Origin: Octopus bimaculoides
Taxonomy: Eukaryota
Assembly (NCBI RefSeq): GCF_001194135.2
Contig: NC_068984.1
Location: 70,427,415-70,479,053 of the forward strand
Reading direction: 5' to 3'
Length of the DNA: 51,639 nt
In this document: one piece after another, positions 1 through 10,959 of the stretch
Numbering within the stretch: position 1 is the first letter of the stretch
Layout of the letters: every line of letters begins with the position of its first letter
Position numbers and translations under genes: made by a program
Notes under the pieces: model-generated
The model's database searches: none
What the model was told of the DNA's origin: nothing
What the model saw: only the letters and a program-made list of their open reading frames with translations

Positions 1-562
1 ATTCTGTTAGGTGTTTCATATTCACCACGATTAATAATAGACAAGAGAATTCAGTCAGCGACGAACGTCTGTCCTCAAGAGCCCGGCCCGGCATGGAAGC
101 CAACATCACAACTAGTGATCGCACTGCCACACACAGCCTCAACTTCTTTCACATACAGACTCTTCCAATTGTGTACTCAAGAACTGGTATAAATGCTCAC
201 GTGTTACTGACTCTTTCTATCTGCTGTAATATCTCACATACACATACATGTATCACTCACATACACTTTGTTCTTTGTACGACGGCCTGTCTTTTATTGT
301 GTTTTTATATGTCGCATTCACACTCACACACAGACATACATCTTTAACGTCACAATAAATATCTCTGTTATTCATCTTCATACGGTTGTGTTTATCGTCT
401 TCCTTTTACTGGCCATCTATGTTATCGTAGTATAACATATCTGTATATCATCTTCGATATATATTTTGTGTTCGACCGTGTGACGCGTTTTAAATAAAAG
501 GAGTCCTCTTTTTCCATTCGTCACCATTTCTCCTTTTTTGGGTTCGGACGGTCGTTCTTACA
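1..562 (+). mobile_element. Possible LTR (3' part; solo LTR or element end) inserted in a TA microsatellite
   Basis: TATAAA at 188-193, AATAAA at 354-359 and 493-498, higher CpG than flanks, ends ...GTTCTTACA (CA at 561-562) directly before (TA)n. The 5' TG end lies outside the window, so this is not confirmed. Confidence 0.3.
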
Positions 563-1599
563 TATATATACATATATGCATACGTACGTATAGATGTGGA
601 TGCATCTATGTATGTATATCTGTATGTGTGTATATATGTATGTGCACGTCTCTATCTGTCTGTTTGTCTATCTGTAGGTATGTATAACATTGGAAGGAAA
701 ACTCTATCGTAACTTTTAAGATATTTTTAAAGAATGTTTAAAAAAACAATAAAACACAAATAAATGAATATTCCATGAACTCAACATTATTAATTTTTCT
801 ACAGAATCTAAAGATAAAACCAAATCTATAAGAACCCGAGCAACGAAGACAATTAAGGAAGAGAATATCATTAGAGGAAATCAAGATACAAATAGATTGG
901 ACAAAATGAAAAGTATCAAACAACGCTCAAATAAGAAAAAAGATACATCGATTACTTTAGGCTACCGATTATACTATACAGCTATAAATGCGAGACTGTA
1001 GAATTGAACTCTTTTCGGCTGTGAGAAATAAAAAAGAAACCCGTCTTTGAAGAAAACCAATGTAGATATTATGGAGGAATGGCTACAAAATCCTACAAGA
1101 AGGCTGAATTATTAATCTGTGAAACAATACAAAAGAAGAGCAACTTTAAAAGAACAAATCTTTATGTGAATCATTTTCATGCCAGAACGATGAAAAACTA
1201 ACAAATGCATAAAAGAAAAAAGAAATGTTGCTCTAACATCAAATTTTCATCAGCCTAAATTGTGAGTTTGAAGTAAATAGGAGTGTCAAAGTCTTTTGAG
1301 TACATATAGCTATTAATTCAGGATATATATTGTGTAGGCTTCAGTTAGAAAGAATTTGTGAGATCATTTTTTTGTTAGACTGGAATAGTAAATCCTAGCC
1401 AATGTATTTCCTGTTTGTTATTTAGGAAATATTGGCTTATTGTAGTAACCACATGTCATTTACAATATATACTAAACTACTCGTGACCCGTTGGATCACT
1501 GACGGTTCAGGATATAAAACATTGAAGTTGATTTCAACATTGCATTGAAATGAAAGTTAATTTTATGATGATTCAGTTAAATATTTCAATTCGTTCGTG

Positions 1600-2036
1600 T
1601 CATCATAGGTCCCGTTTACAAGTTCATGTTTAAGGTTTTATTGATCTAATAGAAATAGAACTTCCGGGATAAACTTGAACTCCAGTAACAGCATTTATTT
1701 ATGGCACATGTGCACACTTCTACGCAAATGCGAAAGAAATTGTTATATAACGTAAACATAAAATTAATGGAAACAATTTTCACTGTATTATATATTCCCA
1801 TTTCACGGTTAAGTTACTTTCGGAGTATTTTCCTACTATGCACCATTCTGGCTATTTGTGAAGGTACCCCCCACCCCACCAAAATAAAACAAATCAAAGC
1901 AAAACGCGTATCTCAGGAATCCGTGGTCCGATTTTTGGGAAACTCGTTTTATTCCATTTGTATTCGTATTTCGGAAGTACCTTTCCCATTATGCGCCGGT
2001 TTGGCTGTATCGAATTACAGACAAGCACACAAGCAA
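1600..2036 (+). promoter_or_regulatory. Putative promoter and first exon of a + strand gene
   Basis: Local CpG enrichment in otherwise CpG-poor DNA; ETS/GABP-type motifs ACTTCCGG (1660-1667) and CGGAAGT (1972-1978); strong splice donor CAA|GTAAGC at 2036/2037. The TSS is not determinable. Confidence 0.45.
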
Positions 2037-2099
2037 GTAAGCTAACAATCACAGAGTTTGAGTAGTTTTTAGATGAATACATACACATATGTATATATT

Positions 2100-2497
2100 A
2101 TTCTTTTTACTCTAGGCACAAGGCCCGAATTTTGGGGTGAGGAGACCAGTAGATTAGATCGACCTCAGTACGCGACTAATAATTAGTTTATCGATCCCGA
2201 AAGGATGAAAGGCAAAGTCGACCTCGGCGGAAGTCGAACTCAGAACGTAACGGCAGATGAAATACCTATTTCTTTACTGCCCACAAGGGGCTACACACAG
2301 AGGGGACAAACAAGAACAGACAAACGGATTAAGTCGATTATATCAACCCCAGTGCGTAACTGGTACTTAATCTATCGACCCCGAAAGGATGAAAGGCAAA
2401 GTCGACCTCGGCGGAATTTGAACTCAGAACGCAGTGGCAGACGAAATACCGCTAAGCATTTCCCCGGCGTGCTAACGTTTCTGCCAGCTCGCCGCCT
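2100..2497 (-). mobile_element. tRNA-derived SINE family B, dimer-like (head-core-tail2 + partial head-core-tail1)
   Basis: Reverse strand reads AAGGCGGCGAGCTGGCAGAAACGTTAGCACG...GAGTTCAAATTCC (B-box like). The core GGTCGACTTTGCCTTTCATCCTTTCGGG occurs twice (around 2190-2230 and 2375-2412). Confidence 0.85.
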
Positions 2498-2498
2498 T

Positions 2499-2717
2499 AC
2501 ATTCTTTTCTACTCTAGGCACAAGGCTCGAAATTTTGAGGGAAGAGTCTAGTTAATTAGATCGACCTCAGTACGCAACTGGTACTTAATTCATTGACCCC
2601 GAAAGGATGAGAGGCAAAGTCCATCTCGGCGGAATTTGAACTCAGAACATAAAGACAGGCGAAATACTGCTAAGCATTTCGCCCGGCATGCTAACGTTTC
2701 TGCCAGCTCGCCACCTT
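2499..2717 (-). mobile_element. tRNA-derived SINE family B, monomer adjacent to the previous copy
   Basis: Third copy of the same head and core; tail CTAGGCACAAGG matches that at 2111-2125. Confidence 0.85.
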
Positions 2718-3007
2718 ACACATATGTATACATTATGTCAGTTGCATGTATTAGGTACTGCACATATGATGTGGCTTGCATAGTATTAACGCCATGTGAT
2801 CTATACTGACCAATAGAGATCTAACATTTAGAAACCCTATTAGATATTTCTTAATTCTCTCTCGTTTTTTTCATATCTCATGTGATTGACGCATTCTACG
2901 TGTCCATGAATCTTGAAGTCATATCGAGCTAAGTGAAACTGTTATTAAAGAATATATGTAACTCCTTCCAAACGTGTTGAGAGCTCCTTTTTTTCGTTTG
3001 TCAACTT

Positions 3008-3010
<3 letters not shown>

Positions 3011-3046
<36 letters not shown>
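3011..3046. repeat. (CA)n microsatellite
   Basis: Pure dinucleotide tract. Confidence 0.95.
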
Positions 3047-3050
<4 letters not shown>

Positions 3051-3436
3051 TTCTGGTAGCGTATAAAGACATGATATTTTCAGGGACGCACTCAACCAAA
3101 GTTCAGGGCTGTCAACATTGTCGGATTCCAGACGAATACCGAAATTCATCAAGTGTAGAAAGCTATTGTGTGGGTTAAGCAAAGGCTAAACTATAATCCA
3201 AATAAGAAGACAAAAAAATCCTTTAACACATCTTTAATGATGCGTTACAATTGTCTCAGTACCAACTCTGTTTGCAACGCCAGTTAACGCAATATCCGAA
3301 GTGAATATTTACGTAATGTTTGCAGTTTTAGACATTAAAGTGGCACTTCATCAGACTTGCATCAAATGTGCGGTCTTACATTGTGCGTCTCCCCGACATT
3401 GGTTCCCATGGCTGTTCCCGATTTATGTTGATTATA

Positions 3437-4518
3437 GAAACATGGACCGTAACTGCTGAGGACATGCGTAAGGTCGCAAGGAATGAAGCCAGTATGCTCC
3501 GATGGGTGTGTAATGTCAGTGTGCATACTCAACAGAGTGTAAGTACCTTGAGAGAAAAGTTGGACGTAAGAAGCATCAGTTGTGATGTGCAAGAGAGACG
3601 ATTGCGCTGGTATGGTCATGTGGCGAGAATGCATGAGGATAGCTGTGTGAAAAAGTGCCACACCCTAGCGGTTGAGGGAACCTGGGGAAGAGGTAGACCC
3701 AGGAAGACCTGGGATGAGGTGGTGAAGCACGACCTTCGAACTTTAGGCCTCACCGAGGCAATGACTAGTGACTGAGACCTTTGGAAATATGCAGTGCGTC
3801 AAAAGACCCGGCAAGCCAAGTGAGAACATAATCCGAGGCCTCTGCCAGGGGTGTAGCCAACCCACTTGTGCGTACCTTTCCTTCATTGAACACTAATCCC
3901 TGCTTGCGAAGACCTGTTGAGGTAAGTAAAATCGAAATCGAACCAAATTCGACGACTGGCACCCAGGCCAACCTCTCCTTCACTGGACACCAAACTCGGC
4001 TTGCAAAGACCTGTTGGGGCAAGTGAAATCGAAATCGTGATTGAACCAAATTCGATAACTGGCACCTGTGCCAGTGGAGTGCTAAGAGCACCGTCCGAGC
4101 ACGATCATTGCCAGAGCAGCTGTCTGGCTTCCGTGTCAGTGGCACGTAAATAGCACCATTTGAGCATGATCGTTACAAGCGTTGCCTTACTGGCACTTAT
4201 GCTGGTGGCACGTGAAAAAATATTCGAGCGAGGTCGTTGCCAGTGCCCCTGGACTGGCTCCTGTGCAGGTGGCACGTAAAAAACACCATTTAAGCGTGGC
4301 TATTGCCAGTACCGCCTAACTGGCCCTCGTGCCGGTGGCACGTAAAAGCACCCACTACACTCTCTGAGTGGTTGGCGTTAGGAAGGGCATCCAGCTGTAG
4401 AAACTCTGCCAGATCAGATTGGAGCCTGGTGCAGACATCTGGTTCACCAGTCCTCAGTCAAATCGTCCAACCCATGCTAGCATGGAAGGCCGGCGCTAAA
4501 CAATGTTGATGATGATGA
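3437..4518 (+). mobile_element. 5'-truncated RTE-clade LINE (ORF2 C-terminus, long 3' UTR, (GAT)n tail)
   Basis: Translation ETWTVTAEDMRK...ERRLRWYGHVARM...GRGRPRKTWDEVVKHDLRTLGLTEAMTSD*DLWKYAVRQKTRQAK* shows the RTE C-terminal motifs (RRLRWYGHV, RGRPRKTW). There is a premature TGA at 3773-3775, the natural stop is at 3821-3823, and the element ends in GATGATGAT. Confidence 0.9.
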
Positions 4519-4872
4519 CACATATACATAAATATACATATACATAGATGGTGGTTGTTTACTCCTTATGCAGAGTTTGACAACCGCTTGTACCTATACT
4601 CCAGAACCATCATGGCATTGGATGTGGCTTTTAAAACCAGGCAATGATTTGAAAAGATACCTACATAGATTGCATATCCGTTTTGGACCACCACGAGCTG
4701 CAGTTAAGTTCTGATCTTTGTGTGTCTTAAAATGCCTTGTACACAACAGAATCAGTATTAGATTAAAATAGTCAACTGTGTATTATACTTAATGCAAATA
4801 CATACCGGATGTACTCCCATGAGCGACATCATCTCCGGAGGAATACCACATACATACATACATACATACATA

Positions 4873-6096
4873 CACATGACAGAAGTAAACAGATACCCCA
4901 TAAAACATCGTTTTCTGCTTATTTTGTCTATTAAAAGTTTATGTTTTTTTATTAATTGACATTTTTTGTTTCAGGTTCTATAAATGATTGTTTAATCATG
5001 CCATGTACAAAAGAAGCCTTGGAACTATCCGAATTTCAAAGAGGCCGTATTATGAGTCAATCTGAAGGTGAACTTAACATAAGATCGCAGAAAACCTTGG
5101 GATCCTTCTTTCTACTGTTAATAAAGCGATTGTTCAATTCATGAGGGAGAGGAAGGAGTCCACATCACCTCGCCCAGGTCGACCAGGGCCCTCTGATAGG
5201 ACCCTTCGATTTGTTAAGCGATGAGTGGAGGATAATACTCGTTGTAAGGCTTCTGACATAATAGAACAAGTTCAAGTCAGTCCCAGAATAACTGTTAGGT
5301 ATCTCCACAAACTTGGCTACTCTGTCAGAGCAGAAAGAAGGAAGCCACTTCTTCGACCAGCCATTATCAAGCAGAGAAAAATGAGATCGTGGAGAGGCCA
5401 CTAGCATTTTGGGACCCTAACTGATGAGTCCAGATTTGCTGTATTTTCTGACAGTGATCAAGTATGGGTTTGGAAACTCTGTGAACAAAAATTTGACATG
5501 AAAAGATTGCAGTCAACAACGAAACACGGTGGCTATTCTGTGATGGCCTGGGGAGCTATTTGGAACAATGGTAGATCAGATTTGGTAGAGTGTGAGGAAA
5601 ACATAAACTCAGATAAATGTGTCCATATTGCAGAAAAGACTCCTTCCAATCTTCTCCAGTGGTGAAATGATTAAAGAAGACTCTTTATTTATGGAATACA
5701 GGGCTCCTTGTCACATGGTTAAAAAAGACTCAAGATTGATTGGAAGAGAATGGCATTAAAATGCTTCCCTAGCCAAGCCAGCTACCATATATGAACCCAA
5801 TAAAACACCTCTGGAGCATAATGAACAGGACACTTTGTAAAAAGTACAAGCATCCTCAAAGCCAGATCTTTTGAGATTACTACATGCAACTTGGCAAGAA
5901 ATTCCTCAAGAGAATATTCATCATCTGATCAGTAGCATGCTTAATAGGGTCCTTATGTTGAAAAATACAAAGGGCATTTCTACTAAATATTGAATATTAA
6001 ACTTATAATGATTAATAAATAATTTGAATTATAATTTCAGATTTAAATAAATTTTAATGACTATAAGGGTGTCTATTTACTTCTATCATGTCTGTG
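4873..6096 (+). mobile_element. Near full-length but decayed Tc1-like (DD34E-type) DNA transposon
   Basis: TIRs ATGACAGAAGTAAACAGATACCC (4876-4898) and the reverse complement of 6067-6089 match 20/23; TA flanks. Transposase remnants from ATG 4998 to TGA 5991-5993 include TDESRF, VMAWGAI, RAPCH, MNPIKHLW and C-terminal KGISTKY*, with stops and frameshifts. Confidence 0.85.
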
Positions 6097-6877
6097 TACA
6101 TGCATGCATACATACATACATACAAAAATACCCTGTTGTTGATGTTGAAATTCCAATGAAGGAACATTGAATCAAGGTTAGAAACCGGCTCTTTTTCTAT
6201 TGGCAAGAAATCCTGAAATAAAGCTGAACAATCACATACATACATACATACATACATATGTACATACATACATACATTACTATATACATACATATTATAT
6301 TTGCAAAACTACATGTGCTCACAACACACTTTATTCATCGAAGAAAGGGTTGTTTGAAACAAGAAGGGGTTTCGACTTGATAGTATGTCTTCAGTCAAAG
6401 GTACATCCAGATCTATGAATCTAAACAGGAACTAAGTTTCTTTGTGATGTAATTCAGTAAACTGTTTATCTGCTGATTCATGCCTTTGTCTGTTAAACAG
6501 ATAATTCATCACGTGCACAGAGTGAAAATCTATAAAGAAGAATTTTGGATCTGTATTATAGATTCTCACTTTTCTCCATACACACAATGAATTATTACTG
6601 AGTTGTAGCATTGACCGAAGAGCCATAATCTCACTGAAAGTACTTGTACCTCAGTGAATAGATTGCTTGTTAAAACATCTGAAAGGAGAAGTTGTTCTCC
6701 AAAGATGAAATACTCAAGCGATTGACATATTCATCTTCAAATAAGCTGGAACATTTTAAGAATGAATATATATATTCATTGATGTGTAGTTTAGCATGTG
6801 CATGCACACACACACATACATATGTACACACATACATATGTACACACATATATATGTGTACATACATGCATATACAT

Positions 6878-7199
6878 GCAATCCATCGGTTATGAAGACA
6901 ACGGTTCCAGTTGATCCGACCAACGGAACAACCTAGTCGTGAAATTAACATGCATGTGGATGAGCATGCCACATACACACGTAACCTTACTGTAGTTCGC
7001 AATGAGATTCAGTGTGACACAGAGTATGACATAGCTGACCCTTTGAAATACAAGTATTACTCATTTTTGCCAGCTGAGTGGACTGGAGCAACGTGAAATA
7101 AAGTGTCTTGCTCAAGAATACAATGCATCACTGGGAATTGAACTCACGACCTTACGATCGTGAGCCAAATACCCTAACCACAAAGCCACGTGCCTTCAC
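6878..7199 (-). mobile_element. tRNA-derived SINE family C (tail X)
   Basis: Reverse strand has an A-box-like TGGCTTTGTGG, B-box GAGTTCAATTCCC, then a CORE-like CTTGAGCAAGACAC...CCACTCAGCTGGCAAAAATGAGT. The head is homologous to 10257-10410. Confidence 0.8.
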
Positions 7200-7384
7200 T
7201 ACATATTTATACATGTAATGTATACAGCTATATTTATATGTCAGTATATTTCATCCACCCTTAGAGACTATCATAATTTACCCTAAAAATCTAGCATAAA
7301 ACTGTTCATCTTTATTCTGATCCTACGCGTCTTGGGAATGCCTCTTAGACTTATGAGACACAGTGACTTCACTTACACTGGTGC

Positions 7385-7560
7385 AATGGAAGAAGCACCC
7401 AACGCACTCAGTAAAGTGGTTCACGTTTGGAGGAGAGTCAAGTCATAGAAACCAGGCTAAAATAATCATAGGAATAACTGATATATCAGATCCAATAAAA
7501 CAGTTGAAGGACTGCCTAAGTTATCATGGAAAATAGATTCTGAATGGTAATATAGATGAT
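7385..7560 (+). mobile_element. Highly decayed RTE-type 3' tail
   Basis: GAAGCACCCAACGCACTCAGTAAAGTGGTT resembles AAGCACCCACTACACTCTCTGAGTGGTT in the RTE UTR at about 4347. Confidence 0.45.
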
Positions 7561-7561
7561 A

Positions 7562-8318
7562 TACAAGACGTATTCCAGAAGTTTTCTCACTCTTTTTAAG
7601 AGAGGCATTTATTAAAATCAAAGTAGTACAAAACTCTAATCTCTGCTGAAGAAGGATCCTACCACATTTGTGGTAGCACTCCAGCCACTTCCTGAAAGCC
7701 CCGTGGAATTTCTCTAAAAGTGAAAGTGTCCAGGATCCTTGTCACACCCTTCTTCATTTTTAAAACGTCTGTCCCTGAGGTTCTCCTTCAGCTTGGCCAA
7801 CAACCACAAGTCACAGGGAGCAAGGTTTGGAATGTAGGGAGGGTGAGGGGCAGTTTTGATGTCCATCTCTGTCAAATAGACGGTTACCAGTATGTTCGTT
7901 ACTGAGCACCATGGTAACAAACTTTACAGAGTTCCATGGATGTTCAGAGCTCTGTGAATAATTTTGTGTACAGCTTACTATTCCAACTCTAAAGTGTATG
8001 TTTTTCATCTTTATTGATATACAACTCCTTTCATCCAGAAAATTGCGAATTTTCTCAATTAGACCTGATGATCTGATTTCCCGCTTCCTCCCACATCTCT
8101 CATCATCTCTCACTTCCTCTCTATCGTCTTTGAACCTCTTGTGTTTACAAAAAGTTAATCCATAAGCAGTCTGGAGAATTTCATAAGTTTCTGCACCATT
8201 TTTTACCCCAGTTTACACAAAACTTTAACACTTTGCAAACTTCCGAATGTCCCAACTCAGTTTTGCAAACAGCGTTTAGTAGGATGTGTTCAAAGAGCTT
8301 TTACAACCGTTTCTTGTA
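7562..8318 (-). mobile_element. Internally deleted mariner (DD34D-type) transposon remnant
   Basis: Minus-strand peptides PHPPYIPNLAPCDLWLLAKLKENLRDRRF (mariner HPPYSPDLAPxD motif) and DDERCGR...LIEKIRNFLDE (HTH linker). Ends TACAAGA.../...TCTTGTA are only weakly inverted. Confidence 0.8.
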
Positions 8319-8699
8319 CTCTGGAATGACAAAATTTTATACGGCAGGGTATTTGATGTATAGTAATGATATCAAAAATCTTCAATAATTTAGGACAGTC
8401 TCAATACTTTTGGAAATCACCTCATATAAAAGACTGTCACCATAATTTGGTGCCTGGGAGTGCTTCCGAATATTCTGGGTGGGCATTAACTAGTGATAAT
8501 GTTAAAGTGGAGTTTCAAAATAAGTGTATCACTGTAAATCTTAGGGTACACCATTGAATAATGGTGAAGGAGGGTATCAGTGTTGTCCTATGCACCCCTT
8601 AGTGACGGGCATGCTCATATATATATAGTGTTCAAACTATATGTATATAATACATGTATTATATACATATGTGTTATGTATATATGTGTTTTATTTAGA

Positions 8700-9120
8700 G
8701 ATTAGCAAGCAGAATTGTTTTTGTTGTATCTAACCACTTAACATATAAATTTGCTTTGTTATTGTCATTTGTTGTTTTCCGAAAAGTATATTTTCTTTCA
8801 GTAAAGTTTTTTTTTCCATTGGAAGCAGATGCGTTTTCCCTTAATAATGTTGTTTTTTCGTGTGTTTTGAATTATATGCTTTTGTATTTTGGAGTTTTGC
8901 TTTGATTTTTCCAAAACGTATTTCCCTGGTTCCAAATAATTGTCCCAAATTTTCACTGCTTTAATATGTAGCATTTCTCATTTTTTGTTCTCCATTGTTT
9001 TCTCAGGTATAACTATATGTTCTGCCAAGCATTTTGATTATTGCATTGAGGTTTCATATATTTTCGTTAATACTTTCAAGATTTCTTCATTTTCCATTGA
9101 AACCATATATGTCTTTTCAT
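8700..9120 (-). mobile_element. Very decayed Penelope-like GIY-YIG endonuclease C-terminus
   Basis: Minus-strand fragments CLAEHI... and NNKANLYVKWLDTTKTILLANL* resemble, from memory, the Penelope end (LSKHIW...LNKRSELxSKCRHxNKFLLxN). Many frameshifts. Confidence 0.35.
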
Positions 9121-9181
9121 AGTAGCATGCTCTATTCTCCATGTAGCATGTGATTCTATAAAATCTTACGAAGTTTCATTC

Positions 9182-9215
<34 letters not shown>

Positions 9216-10212
9216 TTATTTATCTATCTATCTATCTATCTGTGTGCGTGAGTGTGCATGTGTGTGTGTGAGTGTGTGCATGCATGCATGCATGAGTGCA
9301 TGTGTGTGCGTGCGCGTGTGTGTATACGCATTTTAATTTATTCCTACATCCTCATCGTTCGGGCATACCAGCATATTGTTTAGACACCAATTTAAATATA
9401 GTCATGGACAGGTTATTCAATTTGCCTTCATCTCGGTTTAGGTATGTGACATTGATAAGCCACAACAATGGCAAAACATCAAGGTCCTTCACTCTTGAAT
9501 GGGACTTGGAGTGAGGGGGAGTTGTCTCGCTTATCTATAACTATGACTTTCAACTGTTTAACATCCAGTACTTTGAGACGGTCATCTCCACCGCATCAAA
9601 TTGTAGCCAACTGGCAAACTCGCAAAGCACATACATTATGTATTTGTGGAGATTTAAGTTTTACCAAAAATACCACCTACTTCAATTAAAACAGTATTAC
9701 AAAGCAAATAATGAATGTAATATTAACTGAATGAAATTAAACTTTTGTGATCACAATTTTGAAATTTTACATGATTTTCTTATAAAATTTTATGTAGTAG
9801 TCATTGTTACTCTTCCCTCTTATAGCTACTGTGACCATATTAATAGTAACAGCATTAGCATCAGACTTTCCGTAATCTATTGCTCCTTGTTGACAATGTT
9901 GATATTAAAGAGTTGTTTGTAACAGTGGTGGTGGTAATGGTGGTTGTGGCAGTTGTAGCTGCAATGATGGTGATCATAGTAGCAATAGTTGTGTAATACA
10001 AGTAGTAATGATTGTATTAGCCTCAACTGCAGATGCACTAGTTGTAGCAAGAACAGCTGAAATAGTAGTTGTAGTAGTAGTGGTATAAATGTTAGTATAG
10101 GGTAACATAAGCATATTTAAAATGATAAGAAATTAAAAATTGAAGAAGTTGACAAAAGGAATGCAGTGATCTTGAAGAATTCAAAAGACTATAAAAATCT
10201 TGTGTTAGTCAT

Positions 10213-10925
10213 CAACCACATGTTTCTAGGTTCAGTCCCACTGCATGGCATCTTGGTGGAAGCATGTGGCTTAGTGGTTAGAGTGTTGGTCTCATGATCA
10301 TAAGATTGTGGTTTTGATTCCTAGACCAGGTGATGCATTGTATTCTTAAGCAAAACATTTCATTTCATGTTGCTCCAGCCCACTCAGCTAACAAAAATGA
10401 GTAATCCTGTGACAGATCAGCATTCCATCCAGGTGTGGAATATATATGCTGTGAAACCAGGAAACCAGCCCTTATGAGACGGTATGACTTGAGAAGGTAT
10501 ATTTACCCTTATTTTTACCATGGCACCTTGGACAAGTGTCTTCTAGTATAGTCTCAGAGAAGCCAAAGCCTTGTATATGTATTTCTACCTTTGACCTCCA
10601 CCATCACTTGACAACTGGTTTTGGTTTCCCATAACTTGGCAGTTAATCAAATGGGACTGATAGATTAAATACCAGCTTTAAATAAAACACATACATCCAT
10701 ATGTGTGTGTGTGTGTCTTTGTGTCTGTGTTTTTGCCCCCATCACTGCTTGACAACCAGTGTTAGTGTATTTACGTCACTGTAACTTAGAGGTTCGGTAA
10801 AAGAGACCAATAGAATGAGTACTCGGTTTAAGAAATTAGCCCCAGATTGATTTGTTCAAATAAAACCCTTTGAAACAGTGCTCCAGCATGGCTGCAATCA
10901 AATGACTGAAAGAGATAAAGAATAA
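10213..10925 (+). mobile_element. SINE family A (CORE-like), interrupted by a family C insertion
   Basis: 5' piece CAACCACATG...GGTTCAGTCCCACTG (10213-10256) resumes at 10519 and ends with the family tail GTGCTCCAGCATGGCTGCAATCAAATGACTGAAA. Confidence 0.8.
10257..10518 (+). mobile_element. SINE family C (tail Y) nested inside a family A SINE
   Basis: Flanked by a 13-bp target-site duplication CATGGCATCTTGG (10244-10256) / CATGGCACCTTGG (10519-10531), 1 mismatch. Confidence 0.8.
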
Positions 10926-10959
10926 ATGATTAATATTACTTACTTTTAATATATAGCCT

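Noticed and set aside
93-347. 84-aa ORF in the LTR-like region
   Set aside because: Low-complexity CA/CT-derived His/Thr-rich translation with no domain.
805-1001. Possible terminal exon (SKDKTKSIRTRATK...NARL*) with AATAAA near 1026
   Set aside because: The acceptor and open frame are plausible, but there is no homology or upstream exon in the window; left unresolved and not called.
4058-4345. Repeat-spacer pattern superficially like a CRISPR array
   Set aside because: It lies inside a LINE 3' UTR in eukaryotic DNA; units are degenerate tandem duplicates; no cas genes.
5420-5440. CTGATGA motifs here and at about 28890, 37455 and 38412 as hammerhead ribozyme cores
   Set aside because: No stem II followed by GAAA; the 5420 instance encodes the Tc1 TDES motif.
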